From Paraglomus brasilianum (taxonomy: Eukaryota), in NCBI GenBank assembly GCA_910592345.1, contig CAJVPI010000052.1, positions 1 to 64,000 of the forward strand: DNA of 64,000 nucleotides. Reading direction: 5' to 3'. How positions within the stretch are numbered: the first letter of the stretch is position 1; the number at the start of each line of letters is the position of its first letter. The position numbers and the translations under genes are program-made. A model generated the notes under the pieces. It saw nothing but the letters and a program-made list of their open reading frames with translations, had not been told where the DNA came from and made no database searches. This document shows positions 25,634 to 38,795 of this stretch, piece by piece.

Positions 25634-28486
25634 TCACCGACGACTCCCATCCTGGAATAAATAAATAGTATGTTAAGAATGAGTATGTTTACGATGACGA
25701 TTTATTGACTTACCATCATTAAATGAAACTCTTCCTCATCGAATGCAAACGCCGACAAATTCAGATACTTCGTAAGTGACTAAATGTTACACTTCACGTC
25801 AGCAATGAATGGTTGTTATCGCGATACATTTTATTTTTAACTCAATTCAAAATAGCTCACCTGAACCAGTAGACCGACATTTTCCCCTGTCTTAATAAAC
25901 ATAGCTCTATACATCTCTATGCTCTCTTTAACGACTTCTATCCTCTCCTTTCGTCCTTCGCAAACCAGCTTCAAACTAGCCTCCATCTATGATAGGATGT
26001 TTAATGGATCAATATAATTACTAGACAAGTGATTTAGAAACCTCTATTACCTCGCGACGTAGATAAGGCTTGGATAATGACATTTCAAATCCGATACGAT
26101 CATAACCTTCGACTAATGCCACTCCCAGATTGGAAGGAGCTATATACACTTTGCTGCCTTTCGGTTGCTTCATTGCATATTGTCGGTCGAGTATCTTTGC
26201 GATATGTTCGTGAATAGTCGCATCGGTGCCTTATGATATTAAGAGTTGAAGGATTATCATCTGTATGTACGTTGCTAATTGGTTTCATAGATATGCTTAC
26301 CAATGCCATTTGCATCCATAAGACTGATTAATTCTGCTTCTGTTAATAGTTCGGGAGGCGATGTAGCTCCTTCCTTCATCTCACACGATGTCGGAAGGAA
26401 TTTTTCGCCCTGACGGAATAGAGGAAGATAACTATCAGACCATTTATCATATGGATAAATTTCGAGATAATTTCGTTCCAAGATAACAAGTCCTAAGAAA
26501 ATTTTCCATATAAATAATCAATCCATATTATTAACAACAGAAAGCTCAAGGGCACCAACCTGTTGTACTAAAATTCTCGTCTGCTATGTTAATCTCAACG
26601 TGTGTCTCATTTCCTTTTGCGTCATCTGAACAACATGCCAGAAACCTTCTGACGATATACTCATATACAGTCTTTTCATCTCCAGTCAAATTAGTCACAT
26701 TCTTAGTTGGATGAATAGGTGGATGAGCCTGATCGTTTTGATTACCCTTGCGGGGAGTACGGAACGCTCCGTTGTTGAGCCTGCAGTTGAATGTTTAGAT
26801 GAGATTTGTCCCAGATCTCTTAAAACTTTGGCAAACGGCTTACTTTCTAGCATAGTCCCCCCATACTGTACTGGTTTCTTGAGCAGCGATTAATGATTTC
26901 AAGTCCATACTGGGCGGAAATTCATTTGTTTCCGTTCTCGGATAACTGATAAACCCTTTGTTATATAATGCTTCTGCAACCTATTGGTTACGATGACGTT
27001 TTATAGAACTGGGTGCAGTCAGTGACGATTCAAAAGCATATCGGCTAATAAGTAACCATTAAAAAAAGTCACTACAAAGTTCTGTCAAATAGCCTTATTA
27101 CTGGCCGATGATGAGGTTGTACTTTTAGTGAAAGATTTACCGTCATTATTTTTTGAGAAGACATGCGCAGGAATCGTGTTCCAGCTTTCTGAAGCTCGAC
27201 TGTAGTCAATGGATATGGTCTCCTGTAGTCAATAAATGTAGTCAAATAGTCATTCCCGTATAGGCTTGATTTCTTTCTAGTAACTATACTGACCACTTCT
27301 TGGTTTCCTTCAACTGAACTTTGATAACTGTTGCAATGGGATGTTCCACGCACTGTTCGTAAAGCACCAAACATGCTAGCTGATCAAATAGATGACCTCT
27401 CGCCCACCAAAATTCGACTTTAGATCCATCACGTTCAAGGGTGACGGAAATCTTCCAGAAAGTTTCCGTGATAAAGTTTTCGGCCTTTAAATATTGGTCG
27501 ACGACAAAGCCTAAAGTTGGAAACTGACACGACCCTTGATTAACAGTGAATAAAATATTATTGAGTTATATTAATTATTAGCATAAATCTTAATAATCCA
27601 AGTTTACAAAATAAGAATTACCATAACTTATTATTTGCTTTTGTTGGCCTTGAATCAGCCTTTTGAATCCCAACGTCTGAAATCTTGTAAAGGCCGCACC
27701 AATACGTAAATCCAACTCACTTCTTGCATCCACGGCTGCTGCCTGCCGTACGTCCAATTGCACTGGTGATCTCCATGCTTGAATTATAGGCCTATAGTGG
27801 GTCCATGTGCATTTAAGTTATCCTAGCTCACAATTAAAAAAATATCGTATGTTGCAAAATAAATCATGGCACACCAGAAACTCACTGATTGCTGATAGAC
27901 GAAAAGCGCGCTCGAAGCACTTGTATGCGATAGTTTGCTTGCCTACACACATTAACAATTTCTGCGCCGATATTCTCCCCTTCTCGATCGCAGTCGGTCC
28001 ATATAATGAGTTTATCTGACTTAGCTGCTTCGGATGCGATGTTATCACGAATTGGTTCCATGCCCTATTTATTTTCAGATACGCAATTAAATCTCTCTAT
28101 AATCAGCCCTCGTTATAAGAATGCTTTGCTAAACAGACCTTCATGACTGATTTTATTATAGGAGCTTCGAATAGACATAATGGCGAACACTTTCCCCATG
28201 CTTGATATTGTTCTGGAAAGTCTATGGCCATGAGATGGCCTTTGACAGAAGTCATAGTAACTCTGACTTCTCGATTCTCTGCATCCTTGCAAAGGAAGTC
28301 GTAATTTTTTATATATTTATCTTTCGTATTACGCTACGTAATATATAACAATTCCGTGAATTCTGCGACGATAGATTCGGTAAATAATCGAATGCGGTGA
28401 CTCACACTACTTATCCGGCCACCAGAGAGTATCTGCGCAATAGACTTTGCAACAGACGGCTTCTCAGCAACACATAAGACTTTCAT
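25634..28486 (-). CDS. TOP3: DNA topoisomerase III
   Basis: [71 protein letters not shown], catalytic [31 protein letters not shown]. The 3' end is approximate. Confidence 0.95.
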
Positions 28487-29129
28487 TTACGCAAGACACG
28501 TAATTCTTTTGATTGTCTTAACGTCGCGTATTTATTTAATGACACCAATACATCACATGACTTAATATTACTAAAATATCAACGATCAACAACAACGCCA
28601 CCAAAAATATGGTTATGATACTTGCGTCGGTTATCTGAGTATGGGGTATGGCAAAAAATTTTGACATTCTATAGGAGCAGGTGCGTGATTGGAAGGCTAA
28701 GATTCATTAATGACAAGCATCCTCATATGCTTCACATGAGCCGTCAAGCAAGTATCCTGAACTTGAGGAGAACTGGTTGGATGACATTAGAGATGGACAA
28801 AAGAGTATCGTAGTAAAGCAAAGACCTTACGAAGAAAATATCCATTCAGACTTAGACTCGTTTCAATTTATGTCAAATGGTTGAGCGATTCATAGTTTCT
28901 ACAAACGTCAGTTGCTTGGAATCTCTTAGTTACTATATAAACGCTATGAATATAAGCTCTATTGGCGATATGGATGGTATATCAATATGGCTTATTGTTT
29001 TACGTCCTAATTCAGTCTGATCCAGTTCAAGCGCAATTTTAAGAGTTTTTTTGTTATAAAATTTTTTTTACATAATAATCTTTTTACAAATTTTTATGTT
29101 TATAGCGTATTTAACCAGTAAAAATTTAG

Positions 29130-29962
29130 TATTCAGTATGCCCGCCTTTGCCTCGATGCAGGCTTGAATGACTGGTAACAACTACCTCATCAGAGTTATT
29201 CTTCTACTAATGTAATAAAAACAGCTTGTGATACTTTTCTTTTCTTTTTTTTTTTTTTGCCACCACCGCTTTGATATATTCCGCTTAGAATTGCCCAAAT
29301 ATCCTCAATTGGGTTGAGATCAGGGCCAAGACAAAAAAGACAAAACACGACCTGGAAATTTCAATTCAAGATCTGCACGAACTTCCTTTGAAGTATGTAG
29401 CGCCGATTTCCATACATATTCTCATTAAGAATTTGTCGGTCCATATTCTCACACAAATGTGTACAATCCAACTTTCCCACGTCACAAATTGCTCCCCAGT
29501 TTAAATAGATGTTTCCAAGTTAACAAGTATTCCGGAACATCTGCAAAGTTGTTTCATCAGAGAATACTACGCTGCGCCAATTATAGTGAGAGTGATTCTG
29601 TGCCCGTTCTAACCGGTTTTGCTTGGCTTGTTCAGTAAGAAGTGGAACACGTCTTGACAAGCAGCAGTATAACCAAGTCTAAAAGTTCGTCACGAATAGT
29701 CTGTTCACTCACTTCAAAATCTGGGTGTGTTTCTTCAAGCTGAGCATTCTAGCTGCTGTAACGAAATGATCCGAATTTACGATTCTACCGATCTGGCGAC
29801 GCATTTGAGGAGAAATTTTACGTAGGCGACCAGAACGGTGAACGTCTGAAATTTTGCCATTTTTGCGAAGCTGGGCTACATATCGTTCACAGGAGCGAAG
29901 AGTTTTTCGAGAAATTTCTGTTGGGCTTCGGTAGCCCTGCTTCCATAAATTCTTCTTTCATT
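29130..29962 (-). mobile_element. Degenerate Tc1/IS630-type transposase
   Basis: RSGRLRKIS, VSEQTIRDEL, RVPLLTEQAKQNRL, WRSVVFSDET and PDLNPIEDIW motifs, interrupted by frameshifts. Confidence 0.85.
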
Positions 29963-30433
29963 TGCGAAGTAATACGCTTTATTGATCAATGTGTTAGCTC
30001 AAGGTAAACAAAGAACAATCACACGCGTACTGGTAGTGACCTAATATGTCTTAGTGGCAGCTGAAATAAACACCCCGCCATTACTTTTCGGGACTGTAGC
30101 GAATCAGCAATTTCAGACAGGTGAAAATTTAGAAGAGTCCGATTATATCCTAACGCAAAAAAAAGCGCCAAATACGCACTCAAGGAGTAACAAAAACCAC
30201 ACACAGTTCACCAGTTTCCAGTTTGACAGCAAAAATAACAGCAAGGAAATACTTCCCCTTTAGGATAGTTCTCTTAGTGCACTTTCAAAGTCTTGTGAAC
30301 GAATTACATAAAAAGTTGGTGACGTAGAGATCGACAAACATTCCGGGTGACAAAGAATGTTTGTACCCCCCAAATAGGAAATTTTTGTTCAACAAAAAGG
30401 TGCGACCCTTCACTGTAAATAGGCTTTCTGTAA

Positions 30434-32141
<1,708 letters not shown>

Positions 32142-32737
32142 TGTGTGATTTGATTTGTGAAGTGGACATTGTAAAATAAGCGCGTGTAACAGTTTAATGT
32201 GGCATTGGGGTTACTTAGTAATCAGGGGGGAGAGAGGGGAGAGAGGGGTCAATATAATAGCGACTATATAACTTTATAGATTCGATAAAAAAATGTAAGG
32301 TTTAGATTGATGGCTGCGGTCATAATTATCATTTGTAACAAGACAAAGCTTCGATCAATATAATATCCAATAAATATCCTATCAATTCAGCCGCAAGAAG
32401 GCTGAAAGTTCAAAGAGCTCGCACAACAGCACGCCCATACTTGCACTTCCAATCTGGGATCATAATGGTAATATTACCATTGTTATATATATATAATAAT
32501 ATATTTATTTATCTATTATATCATCACGTGAATCATCAAAAGAAAAGATGATTACATTGCACAAATTGGAACGCGGGTGATATATGTAATGATTACATCA
32601 TAAATGTTTTGACCGACCTAAAATAGTTATACCGTATCACTACCGTACCCCCCTCCTTATTACCCTTGTTACCCGAACCTTGCACAAACCACAATCCGTA
32701 TGAAATGTCCAAATGAAAAGCCAGAAAGGCACTGATT

Positions 32738-34393
32738 ATGGTGAAAGTAAAAAGAGGCAAAAAACAACCTTCAACCACAGCAGGATACAAAACGAAAGGG
32801 AGAAACCGGACTTGGGTTAGGCCGCTCATGTCTCATTCGCCTGATTTGGGTAGAGTAAACCCACAGCCGTTGTTGCAGCATTCGCTGGAACATTCTCAAT
32901 ACGCATTTCCACCTCCCATTCAGCCATATTCACAGACTTACTCTCAAACTTATTCCGCTCCTCTAAAGCCCGACGGACTTCGCTCTACTTTTCTACCTTT
33001 TGAATCATCATACTCTGCATCGAACGTAGCCGTTAACGACAGATTGAGTTCTGTTTCCTTTATTAATACGATATATCAGAAAAAAAAGTTGCATGAACCG
33101 CCAAACTACGAGTTTACACAAGCTGGCAACGGTCAGTTTCTAGCAACATTAAATTTCTTCGGCAAGACCTTTCAAAGCATCGTACCTAGGCCGAAGAAAC
33201 AAGATGCGAAGGAAGAAGTAGCCCGTATAGCCGTCGGCAAATTACAACAAATGGAACCACGCCTGGTTGAGGAAATTCAAAGGGAGTTGGAACGATCAAA
33301 TAAAACTGCAAAACCACAGAGACGTATGGAGACTAGCACGCTAAAATGTGAAACTTGGCTGAAGAAACAAGATAAAAACAAACGACCGTGCGTTTCACTT
33401 CTCGAGTTCTGTCAAACTTTTAAATTTGGGACCCCGGTATACAAACAATCACACGATTTCCAAGGCAATTACATCTTTGAAGTAGAAGTAGGAAGCAAAC
33501 GATTCAAAAGTACTCACGCAATGTTTAGTAAAAAGGAGGCACAAGATCTTGTGGCGAAAGTGGCACTTGATGCTTTATTCCAGGAACAACAAAAAAAGGA
33601 GCACGACGAACAAGAGATGTTTAAAATACCTAAATATTCTCCGGGACTCGCGGGCCGAGACGTCTTCAGTTCATATTATGCTGAAGATGAAAAATTCTAC
33701 GACCATAGCGGTCGGCAATCTTGTTCTTACGCTGGTACAGAAAATGTCGAACCAGCTTTTCCTACAGTTTCTGGCACCTCAATTCCTGGATGTGCTCCGA
33801 TAGGACAATTATTTGGTCAACCGGTCGAGCGCGAGTCCACAACTACAAGTTCATCATACTATTCCGTGCCTATCGGTGTACCGATGGAGAATGCCAGAAA
33901 TGATGACCGTGTTCCGTTTCCACCTAGCTTAACGACCAGCGGTCTTGGCCCTCCCCCAAGGAGTGAAATAGTGGAGCCCATGACACCAAATATGTACATG
34001 CCTCATATGCCAACACAACATCCGCCGACATCTTCAACACACAATATGCCGCAAGTTTTTATGTCGTCGCCGAGTCAGAATTCATATTACATGCAATCAC
34101 CTTTCGGCACAGCTTCTCGAAGCTCAATGTATAATTCTTCATACACATATTCTAATACACCGAAGAAAAGATACGTTAGTCTTCTATATGAGGCTGCGCA
34201 AGCACGCAAGTGGGAAGCGCCCAATTTCACCATGCATAGTACTTCAGCCGGTGGTTTTCTTGGCGAGGTGCGATTCATGGGACATATATTTTGTGGGAGA
34301 ACCGCATTTCCTAAGAAAGCAGAAGCTAAGGAGAACGTATCCGAACTTGCATATAAATTCTATGTTGACAATCTTAATAAGCAAATGATGTAA
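32738..34393 (+). CDS. Intronless protein with three dsRNA-binding (DSRM) domains
   Basis: Three dsRBD-like units ending PKKQDAKEEVARIA, SKKEAQDLVAKVAL and PKKAEAKENVSELAY. Each is preceded by a helix-P-Y/F pattern and beta strands. The true start may be Met at about 32828. Confidence 0.8.
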   Translation: MVKVKRGKKQPSTTAGYKTKGRNRTWVRPLMSHSPDLGRVNPQPLLQHSLEHSQYAFPPPIQPYSQTYSQTYSAPLKPDGLRSTFLPFESSYSASNVAVNDRLSSVSFINTIYQKKKLHEPPNYEFTQAGNGQFLATLNFFGKTFQSIVPRPKKQDAKEEVARIAVGKLQQMEPRLVEEIQRELERSNKTAKPQRRMETSTLKCETWLKKQDKNKRPCVSLLEFCQTFKFGTPVYKQSHDFQGNYIFEVEVGSKRFKSTHAMFSKKEAQDLVAKVALDALFQEQQKKEHDEQEMFKIPKYSPGLAGRDVFSSYYAEDEKFYDHSGRQSCSYAGTENVEPAFPTVSGTSIPGCAPIGQLFGQPVERESTTTSSSYYSVPIGVPMENARNDDRVPFPPSLTTSGLGPPPRSEIVEPMTPNMYMPHMPTQHPPTSSTHNMPQVFMSSPSQNSYYMQSPFGTASRSSMYNSSYTYSNTPKKRYVSLLYEAAQARKWEAPNFTMHSTSAGGFLGEVRFMGHIFCGRTAFPKKAEAKENVSELAYKFYVDNLNKQMM

Positions 34394-35267
34394 ATGGATG
34401 GGCGGTGTTATTTATCTCTGTTAGAATTTCATCATTTCGGATATAATTAATACTCGGTCATCTATTTGCACTATTTTCTTATTGGGTTTTCGTCATTGAT
34501 AATAAAGCCATGTTTGGATAAAAAGATTTGGGCCTAAATAGATGCTAAGGTCACATATTCATCGTTTTCTCCGACGGTGAATATGGTCTCGAGCAAAAGC
34601 GCAGTATTTAGTAATTAGAAGATAATTCGTGTGGTATGTTACTGATGACTCAAACTGCTGCATATTATTGACTTTGTTGTTTAACCGGATTGTTTCGTGT
34701 GAGCTGAGGATCCCTTTAAACAACTTTGTCTATCAATGTGATGCAGATATTAAATAAAATAAAATATCTTTCATAGCAACTACCACACATCTACGATATT
34801 TAGATTGATGGCTTTGCAGAGTATCTGTGTACACAGAGACCTTTCTTGTTCGTTTCCGACTGCAAATTTCGTTTTACAGCTGAAAATCCATTACCGACAG
34901 AATGCTGCCAAATGATGCAGAAATCGACATATGAATTCTCAACGCGCTCTTAAAGCTTTACATTATGGACATACTAGGCTAAAAGAATCAACTTTATATG
35001 TTTCGATATGTTCTGGCCCACTTCAACATACTCATTATGTGCAATAAATAAACACCCGAACAAGCGAATTTATTAATGAATAGCAAATATGAATGTTTCT
35101 AATTAGTTGACGCTTTTATAAACCAGCAGCTACAGTATTTGTTAACGCAGTCGGTATTTGCAAGATGACAATGAACTCCACATTGCTTATTTAGTCTTTG
35201 ACAAGAACATTTTCGTGTATTAAACTTTCTAAGTGCCTCGGTCAAAAAACTTTTTTTTTGCTAGCAT

Positions 35268-35524
35268 AAAAAGATTACATCCACATGTCTCAACCAGCAG
35301 AGTCAAGACGTTCTGCAAGGATAGCTGGAGAGGTTGCACCACCTCTTGAGTAACCCACTTCCCTCTCTGTCTTGCGCAGGGTGAGCCAACAGAGAAGGAA
35401 CAGTCAGCCACCTGCGAGAACGAATCTGGGAGAAGAGATAACTTTCAGCAACATTGATGCAGCAGACCCCACTCTCTGTGCCGATAGGGGATGGCACAGT
35501 ACAGATTGACTTGGCTCAGGTTGA
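35268..35524 (-). ncRNA. Unidentified structured RNA-like element
   Basis: GC-rich island with a long closing helix, several internal hairpins and a predicted pseudoknot. G-U pairs favour the minus strand, and a T5 run follows. Confidence 0.45.
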
Positions 35525-35959
35525 AAAACGCAGTTATTTGTTACCAGCACGGAAGATAAGCATGTAGAGGTACGTCTTTATCCTATGATATTGCTTTATC
35601 ATTGCTTGTGCTAGTTTGCATTTACTGTAAGATATTTCGGTAAGTTCTCTATGAATACGTATTATGCTACCCCTGCGTTTTTCTGACTCATATGGTTCAC
35701 AAGTTCCTACTATCATAGAACGTCGAAGTTTAAATACGCGTAAAATTCAAGACGTAGATCCTCCATCAACTTCGTAAGATACAGGCTTCTATGTGATTGT
35801 GTTGACATATGTACAATGAGTTATTTCCATGACAGACATGAAGATGGGAGAGAAACTGCTTTTCAGGATTTTATTGGACGAATCCCTTGTCCCTACACAC
35901 TAATACAGGGAATTTTTTCATATTCTAAATATTGGGCACGTGATAAGGTAACTTTTCGG

Positions 35960-36842
35960 CAATTGATACCCTGGGACCGAAAGTGTGAGAGCGTACATCT
36001 AGGGAATAATGCATTTAGGGAGAGTATAGTAAATTCACGTGATTTCGATACTTTATTCATTTATTGGTTAAAATATTGATCTATGCTTGTTTATCGCATC
36101 GTATTAGTATTAGCTTTTTTCTCTCTAATATATCTCTCGAGAATATTTGTCATTTTATGTATTCACTTGCATTTTCTTGTAGTAAAAATGCTTGTACAGT
36201 TTCCAAGCCTTGTAATGCCGTACTGGCACTGATAGCTGCTATTTCGGTGCTTGTTCGAGTTCTGGGTATGTAACCGATCTGTGTCTTCTTGCATTTGTGA
36301 GCAATGATTTCTTCTTCAGAAAGTAACTGGTTGCTTCTTTGCGAAATTCGTGTTATGGTAAACTCATTAACCCTGACTTGCCATTTATTTTCGATCCAAT
36401 TAACATACTCCGCACAAGAAAATGATATTAAGATGTTCTGTCCACTGTTGACTATTGATGTCTAAATAAATACATGACCTGATGTTAGCAGACAATGTTA
36501 CTACAGAACTGTATTCTCACATCTCGAATATAACTTGACACCAAAAAATGGTTCGCTTGCGTAAAGTGGAATGATTATAGCACGGATTCTTTATTCGTTA
36601 CATTTTATGATCCGATAATTTGTTATTGTCTTATGACCTGGGAATAGTAAACCTTGACTGACTATACCATATTTAGCTGCTGGGTCACGTGCGTACATTT
36701 ACGTATTTTCATTATAGCCGGGACCGCAAAAATCATTGCACGTGCAGAATATAGAGAATGTGCATTTAGCATTAAGTCCCGAGGTTGGGACCATCAAATA
36801 GCGTGCATTTAGGGAGAATGCATTTAGGGAGAGTTCACTGTA
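35960..36842 (-). mobile_element. pogo/Tigger-like DNA transposon remnants
   Basis: Terminus TA|CAGTGAACTCTCCCTAAATGC at 36840, with a related same-orientation copy near 36010-36030. A decayed C-terminal peptide EEEIIA...ISASTALQGLETVQAFLLQ lies between them. Confidence 0.5.
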
Positions 36843-38795
36843 TATGGCACCCATACTCTGGCAATCGTCTTTGAATTTTCTGGACAACCAGTCGTTTTTT
36901 GGCCGTCGAGGGAAAAAAATGCGAGTCTTGATAACAGACGTGCTTCGGCTGCTTCGAACGTTTTTTTTCGTTCGCTGGTACCAACGACGAAGCGAGGAAA
37001 ACCGTTCGTTTAGTGGGAATAGTTTCTAAGGTTAACAAAGTCGCACATCCCGACACGCATAGCATTCCTATTTATGGAGGAGTGGCCATCTGAGCGTCCA
37101 ATGAAAAGATAATATTTGAGCCTGTACGACCTGGCAGGATTATTTTCTAATGGCCTATCAGTTTCCAAATCAGGGTTCTTGCATGCAACTCCCTGAGGGT
37201 GACGCGACTCTACGTACTGAAGCCATTTTTGTGGAAAAAAACAAAGCTAATATGTATATCTTTTTGCCTTTGCCTTGTTCACACAGAGCTCGATGAAGAC
37301 TAATATTTGATGCTTTTAAAGTATAATCCATTGAGTATTAATGCGCATGTCGTTATCCACGAAGTTTCACATGATCCTGCATACAATTAATGTAACACTC
37401 CAATAATAATAATCGTTGATCAAGAAGTCGTGATGATTTTTAAAAATTCAACGGGCATTCCATTAGCTTAGAAAACGCCCGAGATGTCAAAATTATAAAC
37501 ACATTTATTGACACAGCATTTACATTTGTTCTGCGCGCAGTAGTTAAAAAGGTTGGCTGGATGTCAAATTTCTGCGGGTCACCAAATTTGTTAACTTCAT
37601 TAGCCTAGCAAGCAAGCAAACCGATTTTTTTTACAATTGTCTGATGCATCGTTTTGTTACCTGATCTGCCATATGTACGAGTGATAGGAACAAATTGTTA
37701 TCTTTCTCATTATCGCATGATCAGTTTTTTTCGTAATCAGCTCTATCAATCAGTATTCGAAAATCGGACAAGTGAACATACAATAATTGCTAGCGATTTA
37801 TCCGTTATCAAGTCACATCTAAAAGTAACAGAAAATATTCTCTTTATTGGTTGTGTGAGTTGGTTTTCACTATTATTTCATACTTATAGTAGAGACTGTT
37901 ATTGAAGACTGTTAAATCATATGTTCTCTGCGCAGCTCCGATGGTGATACGAGGCCTCTAAGATCAGCGCTGCCACTTTCACTTACATCTATTACGACGT
38001 GACCAACAGGGTCAATCGTTTCAAGATCATGTAATTTATTGGTACAAGAGATTATTCTGATGTGAAAAGTGACAGCCGCACAAGCTATCATGAGATTCGC
38101 AGTGGTTGCATTAGCAGTAGACATAGCAGTTGCAGATAAGAAGCGCGACTTTCCGTTAGATTCCATCATGTTCCTTTAATGTTCAATTAATATTTTCTTA
38201 TACCCTGAAATACGTTATTGATGATTCGTTCTCTAGTAATTATCGATATACAGTCATACTCTGTTTATAAGGCCTTCTTTATACAGACTGGTTAAATTGA
38301 TAAATAAATTTCCAATAATAATTTCCATATGTGTGATTTCTTTGCACTTGTCCTGATCCGCAGTAGGAACGGCGCGATATCAAAGGGTTTTAATCCTATT
38401 TTCAATATATCGATATGAGTTACTACGATCTTCTCTATATGAAATAAAAATCTTATAGATAACATTGACAAGACCCGTCTTGAATACTTATTACAGGGGG
38501 TATGCTACTCCAACTTCCAACTTTGAGCTAAGGGAAGAAGTCAAGGTTCGTACGGTTTGATGTAAATAGTAAATCCTATAAATTGTCAGGTGATGGTTGC
38601 ATCAGTTAGGGTTTACCATAAAAGCGGGCATTTAGATTATTAGGAATGTCATAGTAATAGTATTGTATTTTGAGTGATTGACTTATCAAACACACAAATC
38701 GATGCCGAGGATATTAATATGCCCATTTATTCAATCGTTAATACATGTAGCCAATTCATTGCTATGCAGAACAGAAACTCCCAGAAATATGATAA

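Noticed and set aside
35285..35353. Short ORF MSQPAESRRSARIAGEVAPPLE with an RRSAR motif
   Set aside because: Only 22 codons, and it overlaps helices whose G-U pairs favour the opposite strand. It cannot be supported without conservation or ribosome data.
35268..35524. Assignment of the structured element as RNase P/MRP, SRP, U3 or telomerase RNA
   Set aside because: There is no CR-I/CR-V pair, no SRP helix-8 motif, no C/D boxes and no CCCUAA-type template in the element.
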